Shown: one piece after another, positions 1-14,070 of the stretch
Numbering within the stretch: position 1 is the first letter of the stretch
How the letters are laid out: every line of letters begins with the position of its first letter
Assembly: GCA_030141605.1 (NCBI GenBank)
Contig: JAQGDQ010000862.1
Span: 22,938-86,937 of the forward strand
Origin: Tubiluchus corallicola
Taxonomy: Eukaryota > Animalia > Priapulida
DNA length: 64,000 nucleotides
Direction: 5' to 3'
The notes under the pieces: model-generated
Told to the model about the DNA's origin: nothing
What the model saw: the letters and a program-made list of their open reading frames with translations, nothing else
Databases searched by the model: none
Position numbers and translations under genes: made by a program

Positions 1-759
1 GGCGACTATAATGGCGGATTTTAACTGTTTAAATTTGAATTTTAAATTTTGAAAATTTAATTTTGAAAAAAAAATAAGCAGCATTTTGCATGCAAGAAAA
101 ACGATTTATTTAACATGGCATTTAACTTAAAGCTATAGCAATGGAAACTTAATTAAAATTAAATATTTAATTAAGTATTTATCAGCTGTCAGGAATCCGA
201 CACAGAACATCACTCCAGAAGAGCTCAACCACAGACTTCAAGTCCATATAGAATCACGTGAAAATTCGCAGCGAAAACTAGCAGATATTCTCCTAACAGG
301 CCAAAAATGATGAAATGTGCTCAAAATCACGCCCTTTTATGCAGCAAACTCGTGGGAAAGAGTCACTAAGGAGTAGCAAAGAGTCGGCAATGTCCAATCA
401 GGAGGTGGCTGAGCCATGGCTCATCAATTGGTATCTCCCAAACTGACTCTCTGGTACTAGGCTAGCTCCACAAACTGACTCTCTGGTACCAGGCTAGCTC
501 AACATGACTTCAATGTTTACATTGTTTTTGCTCTATTATTTCACTTATTCTCTATTATAACACACTGCTGAAGGAAGCTCGAGTGCTAACTGAGCCGTTT
601 TGTTAACTAACAGTCTTTTGTACAAAGACACTAATGCTGCTCAACGAGCTGCTTTGTTAATTGTTCCTGCCTGCCTCCTGAATAGATTACATGCAAACAA
701 ATTAACTACATCCTGACTTTCAGGTAAACCCATACTCATGCTCATACTGTTCGCATTTA

Positions 760-908
760 TGGAGCGCTGGCGGCGCGTCAAAAAGTCGGAAATATATTTG
801 CTTACCGGTCTCATTACGAGCCGCTGACGCCCTTCAAATTTTTGAAATTTTCTAAAATAATTGGGGGGGACCGCCCCCCCCCCGGGCCCCTATGGCACGA
901 CGCCACTG
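760..908. mobile_element. One end of a hAT-like non-autonomous DNA transposon
   Basis: GC-rich subterminal block ending ...GGCACGACGCCACTG; the reverse complement CAGTGGCGTCG resembles a hAT terminal repeat. No matching second end or TSD found. Confidence 0.4.
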
Positions 909-1067
909 GTTTTTGTAAGTTTCTATTTCACACTTCATGCAAAATTATATGTGGAATGTACCGTCTTACAGTAGGCAAAATATGTTTTTAAAGATTTTTT
1001 TACGAATAAAATGAAAAAAGTTTTCAATAACTGCAGTATATGCACTTTAAAAAAGGATAGTTGGTGT

Positions 1068-1605
1068 AAACTTTGTTAGCAGCAGCTTCTCTGGATATCA
1101 TGTCGTTTCTGTGATTCTGAATTTCAAAACAATTGTGACACTTGATAATCAAACAAATGCTGCCAAACCATAACTCAACAAACAAACTGACTAAGTTATG
1201 TTATCAATTTTCAGACTTTATTCGAAAGTGGCACCTTAAAATTCTCTTATGTGAACCACTAATAAAACATTAACAATATCGGGAAATCTAGTTAGAGCAT
1301 TTTATATTTGCTTATGTGCAAAAGTGAAACTTCACAATGTATGTGTCATTCGACCATAGATATTTATATTGCAATGTAATACCTAGATAGGCTGCATCAA
1401 TTTACTCAATTTAGTGATGCAACACTCCCCCACTTTACGATGGGATTAGTTGTGCTTTATTCTTATAGAGTGAAACTGTTTGCTTACAAAAAGCAACAAG
1501 ATTAGGTTTAAAACATCTTCCTTATATTTTCCTGAACTTTTACCGTTTTTCATATAAATTTGTTAATATTGTCAGTTCAATACATGTGCGTCTTTCAATT
1601 GTAAT
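1068..1605 (+). repeat. ~540-bp dispersed repeat, direct copy at 4370-4924
   Basis: Both copies start CTTTGTTAGCAGCAGCTTCTCTG and end TACATGTG(C/T)GTCTTT..ATTGTAATC, colinear with scattered substitutions and small indels. Confidence 0.9.
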
Positions 1606-1794
1606 CTTAATATATTGTAAATTTTAAAATTATTTGTTTAAAAATGATTTGTTTTGCAATCTTGCTAATGGCAATATGAATAGCGAATTACATTGGTGTG
1701 TGCGCTAGTGTTTTTCAGAACATTGTTCATTGTTGTAAGATTCTGAAGTGAAATTTAATTTGAATTTGAGAGTAAAATGCACTCGAAAATGTTT

Positions 1795-4000
1795 TAATTA
1801 TTTCTCCACATTCATTATTGGTTAGTACACATACACTAGAAGGTAAAACTATTTCATCCAAATGTGTGGGTCACTGTAGAGCTTGGCAGAGATATGGTGC
1901 ACTCGCATACGTGCTGGAGTAGTGAGTGTAGCGATGCATGCAAGAAAGCAATGATGCACATGAGAGCTCAATGGGTTAGAGTGATTGACAGCACGTGAGT
2001 GCAGCATGCATGTCTACTAATGACGGACGCTCCAATTAGGTGGATAGCATATGGTAGAGTATATCAGCCCTCTAGTGCACAAAATCACAACTAACGCAAC
2101 AGCTACAATATGTCACAATAAAAGGTCCATTACAAATCAACAAGTTAGCCAAGTTAATCAGAACTGGTACACAGTAAATTTTTATACAATTAATGACCCA
2201 ACAAATTATTACATTAAAGATTTTGGAACAACACAAAATTTGCCAAAAATTTTAACACTATTTTAAAAAAAATGTAGAAAGCAAACTGGAACACAGTCGT
2301 TACAGCGATGATCTACTGGTTCAGACTCAGACTTAGATTTAGTATTATGTATTTTAAATCAAAATTAAAATGCAGTCTTTCAAGAAATGTTCTAATAGTA
2401 AAGGTTTGTCCTCATATAAAATGTCCTCAAATAAATGCAATAATCAGAAGTGCTTATTGTTCCTCACTTCTTTGCAGGAAAGCTTGTGTAAATTTAGAGG
2501 AATGTCGTACATTACTATTAACCTTGTCTGTGTTTGCTGTTCTTTATTTTACCTTTCCTAGGAGCGCAATTGAAGCTTTGAAATTCACCTGTGTAAATAC
2601 TCTGCTATGTTTTCTTAAATCTTTCCCAGGTGTGTAATGCAGTCTTCGAAAATTTTCTGTTTTATTTTCTTAACTCTTTCAATGGCATCATTCCCAGGTG
2701 TTCAGGCGTGGTTAATTTACACAAGATGTTAAAATGTGGGAAAATATTATTCTTTACTTCAGAGCCACTTTAACCCAGCTCAAAATCAATAAGAGAATTT
2801 GAATAAAACAGAATGTAAAGATTTTTTTGTTAACGTCTCTGAACACTTAAAGCTTTTTCCATTTTGTCCAAACAACAATTACTATAAAGCAGTCTCACCC
2901 TTTATTACCACAAGAAAAGCCAATGTTTGCTATACAAACACTTTGAAAAGCTTTTAGCCCAATGTTTGCTATACAAACGCTTTGAAAAGCTTTTAGCCCA
3001 ATGTTTGCTACACAAACAGTTTGAAAAGCTTTCAAATCTAAAAAGACATTCCTTTCAATCTTAACAAAACATCTTACTGCCTGTTTCCCAGGGGGATATA
3101 TTATTGCAAGCATAAACTTCCAACAAAAATAATAGAACACATCTGCGCTTTGACAACAAAGGTTTATTTCAAACGAAACTGCTTTTGATCTTCTGTAACT
3201 TATTGAAAATAATGGAAAATGAAAGGTTTACTTGAAAAGTAGCAAGGGAGAAAGTTATGCACTTTGTAAAAAGGTACCAACAAATTCTCACGCCTCTTCA
3301 TTCTTACAACAAATTCTGGTGATTTTTCGTACTGAGAAAATAAATATGTGCGAAATAAAGGAAAATACAAGCCAACATCAGTTATATTTGCCAGTGTATC
3401 AAGAAAATACAAATTAATTTAAAAATCAGGTTTTTTGCCTGATTAAAATCATTAATTTTCTTCCCAGCAATTTAATAAAACATTTTGTCAAATAGCCTTT
3501 GCTATTATTTCTCCACTGTTATTTTTGTTTAGCGTACATACACTGGAAGGTGTAAATATTTTACCTAAACATGTAGGTCTGTGTAGAGTATGATAGAGAC
3601 ATGGTGCACTCTCATACTCTCAAGGAAGGATTGATGCACATGAGCGGTCATGAGTAAGAGTGATTGACAGTGCTTGAGTGCAGCATGCGTGTCTGGTAAT
3701 GGCGGACATTCGAACTGGATGAATAGCTTTGATTAATGGTCAGTGGGCCATCTAGTGTGCAAAAGCACAACTAACGCAACAGCAGCAATATGTTACACAA
3801 CAGCATAAAAAATTCATAGCAAGACAACAAGTTATCCAAATGAATCAGAACTAGTTTACAGTAAATTTTTAGATGATTAATGGCAAATTATTACTTCAAA
3901 GAATTTTGTGCACAGCAAAAAATTACCAAAAATGTTAACACTACATTAGGAAAATTGTATAATACAAACTGGTACAAAGTCGGTACAGCATGACTCTAAC
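1795..4000 (-). repeat. Modular dispersed repeat family, cluster 1 (module A twice, modules B and C)
   Basis: 1800-2110 and 3500-3800 are reverse copies of the ~300-bp module containing CTGTCAATCACTCTTACCCATGAGCTCTCATGTG. 2267-3100 is an inverted copy of 8600-9760. It holds a 39-bp unit repeated three times at ~2915-3030. Confidence 0.85.
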
Positions 4001-4369
4001 CTGTGGGTTAAACTGAGCAAGTGACATAACACATAAGTGTCAAAAAATATTAGTGTACATTTTTGTGTAATACGTTGTCTTGTACAAATTTTATTTGTGT
4101 GCTCACGCAAGTGTAAGCTAGACTAAGCTATGTAATAGGCTAATCTGGCAAGATTGAATAGCCAATTTTCTCCTGAAAAAAATATTACCTAATTTTAATC
4201 TTTAGGTACAGTAGCGGAAAAGTCATAGGTATTATGTCACCTATTTTGAATGGTGCATTCGGGAACGAGATAAAGTTCACGGCTTCCTTTCTAATGAAAT
4301 CCATGTCTGAAGTTTCATTTCCTTAGAGCATTTTATTCGGTTTTGTTCCTCAAGCTTTGGAAAAAAACA

Positions 4370-4924
4370 ACTTTGTTAGCAGCAGCTTCTCTGAATATCA
4401 TGTCGTTTCTGTGACTCTGAATTTCAAAACAATTGTGGCACGTGAAAAGCAAACAAATGCTGCCAAACAATAACTAAACAAACAAAAGGACAAAATTATG
4501 TTGGAAAACATGCCAAATCAATTTTCAGACTTTATCCAAAAATGGCATCTTCAAATTCCTCTTACATGAACCACTAATAAAACATTAACAATATCGGGAA
4601 ATCTAGTTACAGCGTTTTATTTTTGCTTATGTGCAAACATGAAATCTTACAAAGTATGTGTCATTTGACCATAGATATTTATTTTGCAATGTAATACTTA
4701 CATAGGCTGCGTCCATTTAATCAATTTAGTGATGCAAGTGTACAATACTCCGTCACGATGGCATTAGTTGTGCTTTATTCTTTTAGAGTGAACATGTTTG
4801 CTTACGAAAAGCAACAAGATTAGGTTTAAAATATTTTCTTTTTATTTTCCTGAACTTTTACCGTTTTTCATATGAATATGTTAATTTTGTCAATTGAATA
4901 CATGTGTGTCTTTCCATTGTAATC
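4370..4924 (+). repeat. Second copy of the 1068-1605 repeat
   Basis: Direct alignment by eye with 1068-1605. Confidence 0.9.
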
Positions 4925-5142
4925 GTCTTTCTTACCTCACAAATTATTACTGTTGGTTCTTGAACATTAAAAATTTTAATATTGTAATAGATTACATAAT
5001 ATTACTGTACTTGTCTGACATTATCTAATGTTGCTATTAAGAAATTCCTTTAAATATGGCTAGATTTACTGTGCATGCCTGTTTTAATTATTATAAAAAA
5101 ATTATTGGAGCTGTGCTGCTGCTTGTGTAAATGTAGTAAATT

Positions 5143-5478
5143 TACCTGAAGGCCTCACTCAAGGAGCCCAGAATGGATATCCGCTCAATGGAAACCCTTG
5201 GACAAGATCGCTCAGCATGGCGGAGTGCCATCACCACAGGGGCTAAGACAGCAGAGGCGAAAAGAATTGAGGAAGCAGAGGAGAAACGCAGGAGACGCAA
5301 GGCACTGCCCAACAACAGGTCCAAACACCCAGCCTCACCTGTGCCAAATGCCAAAGAAGTTTCCAGGCCAGAATAAGCCTAGTCAGTTACTTTCGAGCTC
5401 ATCAAAGAAACCCCTCAAACTGACCTTTTATTAATGTCACTATTGTTATCTTCGATTCTAAGGACGAACATCATCAGT
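5143..5478 (+). mobile_element. 3' end fragment of an RTE/BovB-like LINE
   Basis: Peptide ETLGQDRSAWRSAITTGAKTAEAKRIEEAEEKRRRRK, then after a frameshift a C2H2-like LTCAKCQRSFQARISLVSYFRAH. This is the typical C-terminus of RTE-BovB ORF2. Confidence 0.75.
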
Positions 5479-7739
5479 AAAATTGCACGTGCAGCAAACT
5501 ATTATTATACTTGTATAGTGGTAAAATTAATAGAACAGTATTTTACAAAATGCGAATTGCAAAAAAATACTTTTCAGCTGTTAAGTAATGTCAGTTTGAG
5601 ATGTAGTGCGCATGTGCTGAGGCGTGGGAGTTTAACATTTTTGTGATTTAGTTTCAAATAAATTTTTCATTAAACTTAATGAACCAGCAATCTAGTTCTA
5701 TGTGTGAAAATTTTGTGTTAAAATGTGCAACTGAAAATAAAAATCCCGCCAATATCTATGTAGTGGCGAATGAGTTTAGATTTGCATGAAAGAAGTAGTT
5801 TAAAGTAAAGACAGTTAGCGGTAAAAGCATTTAATCAATACTGATATTGTAATTGAGTTTTAATGACAACAGGCTTGGTGCCTGGGGATTAATATTAGAA
5901 GGACAATCTCTGTCTTCAAGAAAGAAATCACTTAGAGTATGACCTTTTCATATGGATCCTCGTTTGGCTATGTGATTGAACATTTAAAATTGCCTGTGTC
6001 TTGTTCATACAGTTATTATTATTATGCAGCCTCGTCAGTATTAAGATGGTAAAAGAAATTGGTTTTTCACTCTTTGTTTCCAATACAAAGATTTTTAAAA
6101 GCTTTGAAGTAAAAAAAAAACTCAAGCTCAGTTATTGTGCTTATGAATCATTTTAATCTTATCAAAACGTGGCTTTACCCAAGCAGTTATTACAAACCTT
6201 ATTTCAACGATTGCATATTAATTATATTTTAAATGAATAATACTATATCTACCTAGAACCATTTTTCTCAACTCTTTTGCGTACTCTTTAATTACTGCTG
6301 TTCATTAATTATTATTTTTTCATTTAATTCTGCAGTTACAACTTTCTTCTTCTTGTTTGATCTTTGTACTTTATTTCAGATTTTTCACACAAGTCGAACA
6401 TGCACTGCCGCTTTTCCTAATATTGGTTTGGGCGCATCCCCTGTAAGGTTTTGTTTTATTTAATCTTAATTCGGACTGACAAGTGGTTTAAATTTAACCC
6501 GTGGAATAGCGCTGGCACTGTGCTGACTGATCAGTTTGCATTCTGCATTTTTTATTGCACAAAAGTCTTTAAAGCAATAATTTATTGAATCATTAATCGT
6601 ATAAAAATCTACTTTGTATCAATTCTGACTCACATGGGTAACCTGTTGTCTTGTAATAGAATTTCTACAGTGACTGTAACACATCGTAGGTCTGAGGACT
6701 AATTTGATTAGTTGTTCTCTAAATTTTTGTATGAAAACAGAGGGATGCAGAGGGGTTCGAATATTATTATCATGTTTATTTAGTCAGAACGCCAAATATA
6801 TCAAACAATCAAGTGATTAATTATACAACAAATGTAGATAGTATTATTGCAAAAATCAATACGACAAGGTATTAAATCGTTGCAATCATAGTATCGTTAA
6901 ACAGAATAATAGATGCTATTATCATTAAGAAACTTAAGAAAATCACTTCCACTGGAAAACTCTATATTCACTGGGTTAAACGAATCATTTACTTACAACA
7001 TTATAATCATTATAATCATGTCATGGGTATTAGAAAGAAATGTTAGTGGGGCATATCTAAACTTGTGTACACAGGGGCGGCGCCACTAGCTCGGAGACGT
7101 CTCACAGCATAATATGCACGTTTCTACAAGCACCGTGCGGGAAAACATTCCAGATAAGACATTCTACCATACCAAACATACAGAGGATCAGTAAGTTTTA
7201 GTTTCACAAGATAGTGTTCGATTATATGTAACCTGCTTCACGAACCTCAAGACCACCCACAGACTGGTTCCGCCACATTACGCTAGATGATAACGCTCTA
7301 GTACGCACTGTCAGACAGTTCTTTCACTCTGTGTTTCTCAATTATCACTTTTAACGCCATATTGTGTTACTAGTCTATAAGTCGGCTCATACCTTTGTGC
7401 TTTTGTGCTGACGCTAGCTCACCTCCGAACTTTCAGATCAGCAGCTATTAACAATCGTTAGCCTCCCAAACCTATCCGCAACAGTTGAATGTGGATTCGC
7501 AATGATAAAACCTCCATTTGATCCAACTGATCACCACTGTGTTCTACTACTTTAACTTTACTAGTTCTGCCATGTCTAATGTTAACGTCTTCAAAGAACA
7601 ATCTGTCATTATCTTAGTAAACAGGAAAGTCAGAAACCAACAGAAATATCAGCCGTATATCTAAAACAAAATATTCATACCTCGACTGGCAGCAATATCT
7701 ATTTAACTATGGCGTGAGAAAGTGACTCTTACAGTAACA

Positions 7740-10700
7740 AATTGCAGTTGTTGCATTAATTTACGATTTTGTACACCAGGTGGCTGACTGATGTTACATG
7801 ATTGGAACGTCCGCCATTACTAGACACGCATGCTGTCAATCACTCTTACCCATGAGCTCTCATGTGTATCGTTGCTACCATGCACGCATCGCTACACTCA
7901 CTGCTCCAGCACGTGTGAGAGTGCACCTCGTCTCTGCCATACTTTGCCATACACAGACCCACATGAACATGTTTGGGTAAAATATTTTCACCATCCAGTG
8001 TACGTACATTACTAATGATAAAGTCTGCCTAATGAAAACTTAAATGAATTCCAATCTTTGTCAAAGTATCATGTACTTAAATAACGCTAAGATTCAATGT
8101 ATTTGCAACATTTATTGAAAACAACAAGTCAAATTCAAATCAACGAAAGCAATGCAGACGAAAATTATTTACACAAAGGTATCTTGCATAGACTTATTTG
8201 CCTCTGATGTCGAGTGACCATAACCACATGAATCAAATTGAAACATACAATCTTACTAGTTTTGCTACTATTGACTTTCTACCAGATAATTTTTTCTGAT
8301 TTTCCGTTATACATAGGATGCTTGCGTGTAATAACTACAGCTATTACGAAAAAAAACAACAAAATCAGCACAGCACCATTCAAAACAGGTCACGTAAGAG
8401 CTATTAGCTATACCTTTTCTGCATGTGTGTTTCTGTATGCTACACAGCTATATTTGATATATTGTTTGATAATAACAAAAACCGCCATTATTAGACGAAC
8501 AATAATTGTTCAGTTAATCACAAATAGTGCTGCATGGTTGTTATGAACCTTATTTTTTTCAGACTTCACCAATTTGTCTGCTTGAAATAATTTAGCTCCC
8601 TGGGAGACACGCAACAAGTTGTTTTGTTAAGACTGAAAGGAATGTCTTTTAAGATTTGAAAGCTTTTCAAAGTGTTTGTATAGCAATCATTGGGGTAGAA
8701 GCTTTTCATGTGATAGTAAAGGGTGAGACTGCTTAATAATAATTGTTGTTTGGATAAAATGGAGAAAGCTTTAAGTGCTCATGAACGTTAACAAAAAGCT
8801 CTTTACATTCTGTTTTATTCAAGTTTCCTTATTGATTAAGAGCAGGGTTATAGTGGCTTTGAAGTGAAGAATAATATTTTCTCACATTTTAACGTCTTGT
8901 GTAAATTAACCACACCTGAATACCTGGGAATGACGCCAGGGAAAGAGTTAAGTAAAAAAAATTGAATGAACCGAATGTCCTATAACTGAGAAAGATTTTG
9001 GGACATTTTTGTTTTTCCAGTGAAAAATTAACATTTTGCCAAATGCAGCTGATACTGTTACATACGAAACTGTGTTAACCAGACATTATTTAAAATGCTG
9101 GGGGGAAAAATGTTTGTATATTATTTCAACGTCATTTCAAATCCTCAATTACATTCTTCAGCAAATTAGCCACCCAAGAACTGCTACCCCCTGTGAAAAG
9201 AAAAGAGCTTTAAAGTCTGACGCCCATAAATTTTCGTCTTGGAACTTGTTTTGTTTGAATTGGGTATGTGAAAAATTTATGAAATTTACTCTAAATCAGC
9301 CTAGGAGCCTAGGAAAGATGACACTGAAATAGCTCAGAAAATAAAGCAGAACAATGACACACTTAACCTTCAAAGCCTGCATTCCATACCTGGGAAAGAT
9401 TTAAAAAACATAGCAGAGTATTTACACACGTGAATATCAAAGCTTGAATTGCGCTCCTAGGAAAGGTAAAATAAAGAACAGCAAACACAGACGAGGTTAA
9501 TAGTAATGTACCACATTCCTCTAAATTTACACAAACTTTATTGCAAAGAAGTGAGTAACAATAACCACTTCTGATTATTGCATTTATTTGAGGACATGTT
9601 ATATGAGGACAAACCTTTACTGTTAGAACATTACTTTAAAGACCGCGCTCTAATTTGGATTTAAAATACATAATACTTAATCTAGGTCTGAGTCTGAACC
9701 ATGAGATCATCGCTGTAACGACTGTGTTCCAGTTTGCTTTCTACATTTTTTTTAAAATAGAAAAGGAAATTTTCAGAAGCAAACCCAACAGTTTAAACAT
9801 GTCGACTCAGGTGTGTGCTGGCAAACTGGCATAGTCATCATCACACCTGGAGTTTGTCATTATTTGCCATTAAACAGTACCTAGCCAGGAACAGAGCCTA
9901 GAAACTAGTGGTGAAGACACTAGAAAACTGGTTACACCTTGCCTCTTGAGCCACATTACGCAGGCGAAAGTAAAAAACTGAATTTACGTCTAAATAAAAA
10001 ATCAGGTGCTTTTATTGTTATTTTTCTGCCAAAAGAATCAGACGTATTACTTTAGAATTGTTCGACTTTGGCAGAGATTTGCATCCCATATGTTTTACTT
10101 TTATTATGGAAATCATTAGCGTTTATGTAACATTATGTGCCATTTTTTCCTGCGCCATTTTTATCTTCCAAAGCTGCTGGTATTGTGATTGTCATTGCGG
10201 TTGTTATTGCTGTTTCTGTTGTTGTTGTTATTTAAAACAAATACAAGGTCAGGCTAAGTGTGATTATGTTGTAGAGATAATCCATGTACTCAAATTTGTG
10301 ACATAACTTTCTTACATATGTTCACGTATTTCTTTGCTACATGGTGGCTTTTGATAGTAACAAATAAACAATGAGAGTGCAGGAAAAACTGCTCTCTAAG
10401 CAGCGATTACATGATTACATGATTACGCGATTACAGGAGCAGTTATATGATTACTAATCTTACTTCAAGACTGCACACAAATTTTGATTTTAAATGCGTA
10501 ATACTAAATCTACCTACTATCATTTACGTAATTGTTAGTGACGACTATTTGTTAATTATAATTTTTTACCATGCTACCATATTGTATGTGTTGTTTTAGT
10601 TGTGGTTTTGTACAATAGATGGCTCGCTGATATTACCCAAAGCTATTCAGCCAATTGGAGCATCTGACATTGTTAGACATGCATGCTGTCAATCAATCTT

Positions 10701-11150
10701 ACCCATAAGCTCTCATGTGGATCATTGCTTCCATGAACCATCACTGCACTCACTGCTCTCACATGCGTGAGAGTGCACCATGTCTCTGCCACGCTCTACA
10801 CAAGCTGCCTTTTTACATGTTCACAATCCTTGTGCACTAGCCAAACATGAATGTCGAGAAATTAACAATAATAATAACGATGAAAATCACTATGAAAATG
10901 ACAATGATACCAATAAATAACATTTTAAAGTGAAAATGTTGGAATTTAGCCTGCATTTTTTAACAATGTAATAGGGCTTTAGACTGCTGTATGCCACCGC
11001 ATTTTGTCGTGGTCAAGGCAATCCAAAGTCATGATAATATTATACTACAAACCATAATAATATACCTATTGAATAAAGTGCAGGTTTAGGTGGCAAGTGA
11101 CTTTTGACAGAGTATAGCATGACAATAAAAGATACAGTTGACCCAAAAGA
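7740..11150 (+). repeat. Modular dispersed repeat family, cluster 2
   Basis: Module A at 7740-8020 and 10590-10870. 8600-9760 is an inverted match to 2267-3100 and 58400-59400. 10020-10340 matches 22850-23190. 9781-10010 matches 18174-18370. Confidence 0.8.
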
Positions 11151-11959
11151 GCGTAAACAGATTTTTTCAAGTTGTGCACTAGTTGAGCAGCTACAGCTGG
11201 TGTTGTCACAGAAGAATTGAATAATAGAAATCTTAAGTTCAATGACCAAATTTTTGGAAAAAGATCAAAATTTGACTTCTCATGAAAGCAATTTACAAAT
11301 TATAGCCACCATAGCAGGGCATAAGGCATACATATGTGTCCGCTCACTTATCCATCTACCTTTTAATCTATCTATCTATCTATAAACACAATTTATTTTA
11401 AGTGCAGTAGCATATGTGTGCTTGCAAATAAAAACCGTCCGTAAGTCGGCATAGCTAAAACTGCGTTACGATGCTTCAAAGTAGAAAGGTGTTATGTTTT
11501 TAGTAAAAGCAAATGCTATATTTCATGAACTTATATATTCGAGCATCATATTATCAGGAAAATGTCCAAAAGATACTAAAAAGTTAATTTTGTAACCCTG
11601 TGCCCAATTCTCTGAATAGAAACTTGTACTGCAGTTGTAAAAAAACTCCTATTTTTTTAACTTTCATTGTACCTCGTGCATGCAAACATTTTGCTTCGAA
11701 TTCTTTTTATTGACAAAATTATCCTCATGGAATGGAATTTCAGAATGTAAAAGCTGTAAAAGCTTCGTTGCCGACTTGTGGGCAATTTTTCTACGCAAGT
11801 ACACATGGTAATTTTACTAATTTGGTTATTTCCAACACAAAATGTGCAGCAGACACATTTCTGTTTACAAAACGTGTGTACAATTCAAAAATATAAAGTA
11901 AGTAAAGTAATAAGTAAGATACAAAGATATAAGTAAATACAAAATAACAAGTAAAATCT

Positions 11960-13755
11960 ATTAACAAGATGTTTAGCAGACTCTATTGCAAAAATTTCAA
12001 GAAAATTCAGCTGGATTGATCACCTGGGTCATTGTAAAAAATTTTACATGAGGATTATGATTTGCGTAATTGCAATTTTTCCATGCTGTGCACCAGGTTA
12101 GATGACTATGGTAGGTCGTCTTGTGGAAAAGAAAAAAGCTAATAATAGAAAATAGCCCCAAGAACAAAGCATTATTGCCGATAAAATTGCATATAAGCTT
12201 ATGAACTGCAGGTCATATCAGTTCTGTGCTCAGATCGAAAAAGAAAGTAATTAAAAAATGACACTTCCACCAATTTGTGACATGTAGGGTGATCTTTATC
12301 AGAATCTTCTTAACTCTGTTGATAACAGCAATCTTGCCAATGAATTACATGAAGTACTATCTGGAAACATTAATGAAATTAACAAATTTATGGGAGTTGA
12401 GGTACAGCAAGCCATTAAAAAGCTAGCATTGAATAGGTCAGCTGGGCCAGACAGTCTCAAGTCAGACATGCCTCTCACGTGTTACCAGTTTTATTCGCAT
12501 TGTTTTATAACTCTTGTATCACTCATTATTTCTTACCAGACTAACTAATGTTATCAGTAATTGTGCCATTTAATAAAGACAAAAATAGAGATATAGCAGA
12601 AAGGAATAACTTTTGACTCATCACTATATCCTTGGCCTCTAGTAAACTTTTAGAAATCGTTGTATTGACTCGTTATGCTGATGACTCGTTATGCTGATTG
12701 TCTCCCTGCCAACCAAAACAAGTTTGGCCCTGAATTTGGGTACTGATTTATGTATTAACATGTTAAAAGAAGTAGTAGACTATTATATAGACCGACAGAG
12801 TACTGCACATATGTTTTTAGACGGCACCAATGCCTTCGATAGAATTAATTATTTTAATCTGGTTTTAAAACTCATTGAAACTGAGATGCCAAATGTTGTT
12901 GTTTGTTTATTTGTTTTTTATTACACCCATCAAGACATGCTGGTGAGATGAGGCAATTATAACTCTGAGATTTTTAAAATTGGCAATGGTTTATGGCAGG
13001 GAGGAAAGATGTCCCCTCTTCTGTTTAACTTCAACTTTATAGAACTTAGTGGAAATCTAGCCTCTAGTAATCTTGGATGTCAAATTGCAGATATTTATTA
13101 CAATCATTTGACATACACTGACGATATTTGCCTATTAAGTACCATGACAAGTGCTCTGATAAAATTATGTAATATGAATGTTGGTTATGCAACAAAATTT
13201 GATATTTTAATTAATGTTGACAAAACTAAGCTTGTGACTATAATGTCTTCTATTAAGAGCAACTTTGAGTTCGGAACAGTTAAGTTTGCTGGATCTGTTA
13301 TTGAGACTTGTGATAATATCTTGGTCACATCATTTCTAGGGACAACAGAGACGATCTAGATGTCATACGACAAGCAGACATTTATTACTCTCGAGCAAAT
13401 AAGCTATGCCGTGAAGTTTACTATTGCACCAATGCTGTAAAAACACGTCTGTTTAATACTTATTGTAATAGCGTCTACTGTGCAACCACCTGGCGGCATT
13501 TTCATAATTATAATCTGAACAAAATTAAGGTTGCTCATAATAAAGCAATGCAAAATTTTTTCAATTATCAGTTTGACCACAGTGCCATGGACGTTTCTGT
13601 GACGCGTGAATTTCTGTGATATTCATTGATATAATGATTGAAGCCAATGCTGTTTACTTTGTTTGCTTTTATGTTTATTCACTTGTATTTTCGTTGTATC
13701 TATTTTTAATGTTGTACTTATATGATATGAACGAAAGTTAGAAATAAGGAAGTAA

Positions 13756-13760
<5 letters not shown>
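11960..13760 (+). mobile_element. Decayed non-LTR retrotransposon, RT domain and 3' end (RTEX-like)
   Basis: Frameshifted RT motifs in order: AGPDSL, FLDGTNAFDRINY, QGGKMSPLLFN, HLTYTDDICLL, then C-terminal YSRANKL...VKTRLFNTYCNSVYC. Followed by a (CT)n tract. Confidence 0.85.

Positions 13761-13790
<30 letters not shown>
13759..13790. repeat. (CT)n microsatellite at the LINE 3' end
   Basis: Direct reading. Confidence 0.95.
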
Positions 13791-13795
<5 letters not shown>

Positions 13796-14004
13796 CTCTT
13801 TCTTGCTTCTATATATTCGTCTATTTTATATTTTGTTTATCCATCTATGACTTATCCATGAGCAACACGACAGCATTCATGAAAATAGAAAATCTAAATA
13901 AACTTAACAATGTAGGCTTGAGATGTTTTCTTGAACGGAAGCATGATGCATCTAGTACAAATTGATCTACTAACTAGTGTTTATATTATGTACATAATTC
14001 TTAA

Positions 14005-14070
14005 ATAGTACAACATGCACATGGGGGCAGTAGATCAGTTTCACATGTTGATGACTTTCTATGAAGTTAT
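14005..14070 (+). mobile_element. Isolated piggyBac transposase fragment
   Basis: TACAACATGCACATGGGGGCAGTAGATC...ACATGTTGATGACTTTCTA matches 25003-25060 (YNMHMGAVD motif containing the third catalytic Asp). Confidence 0.7.
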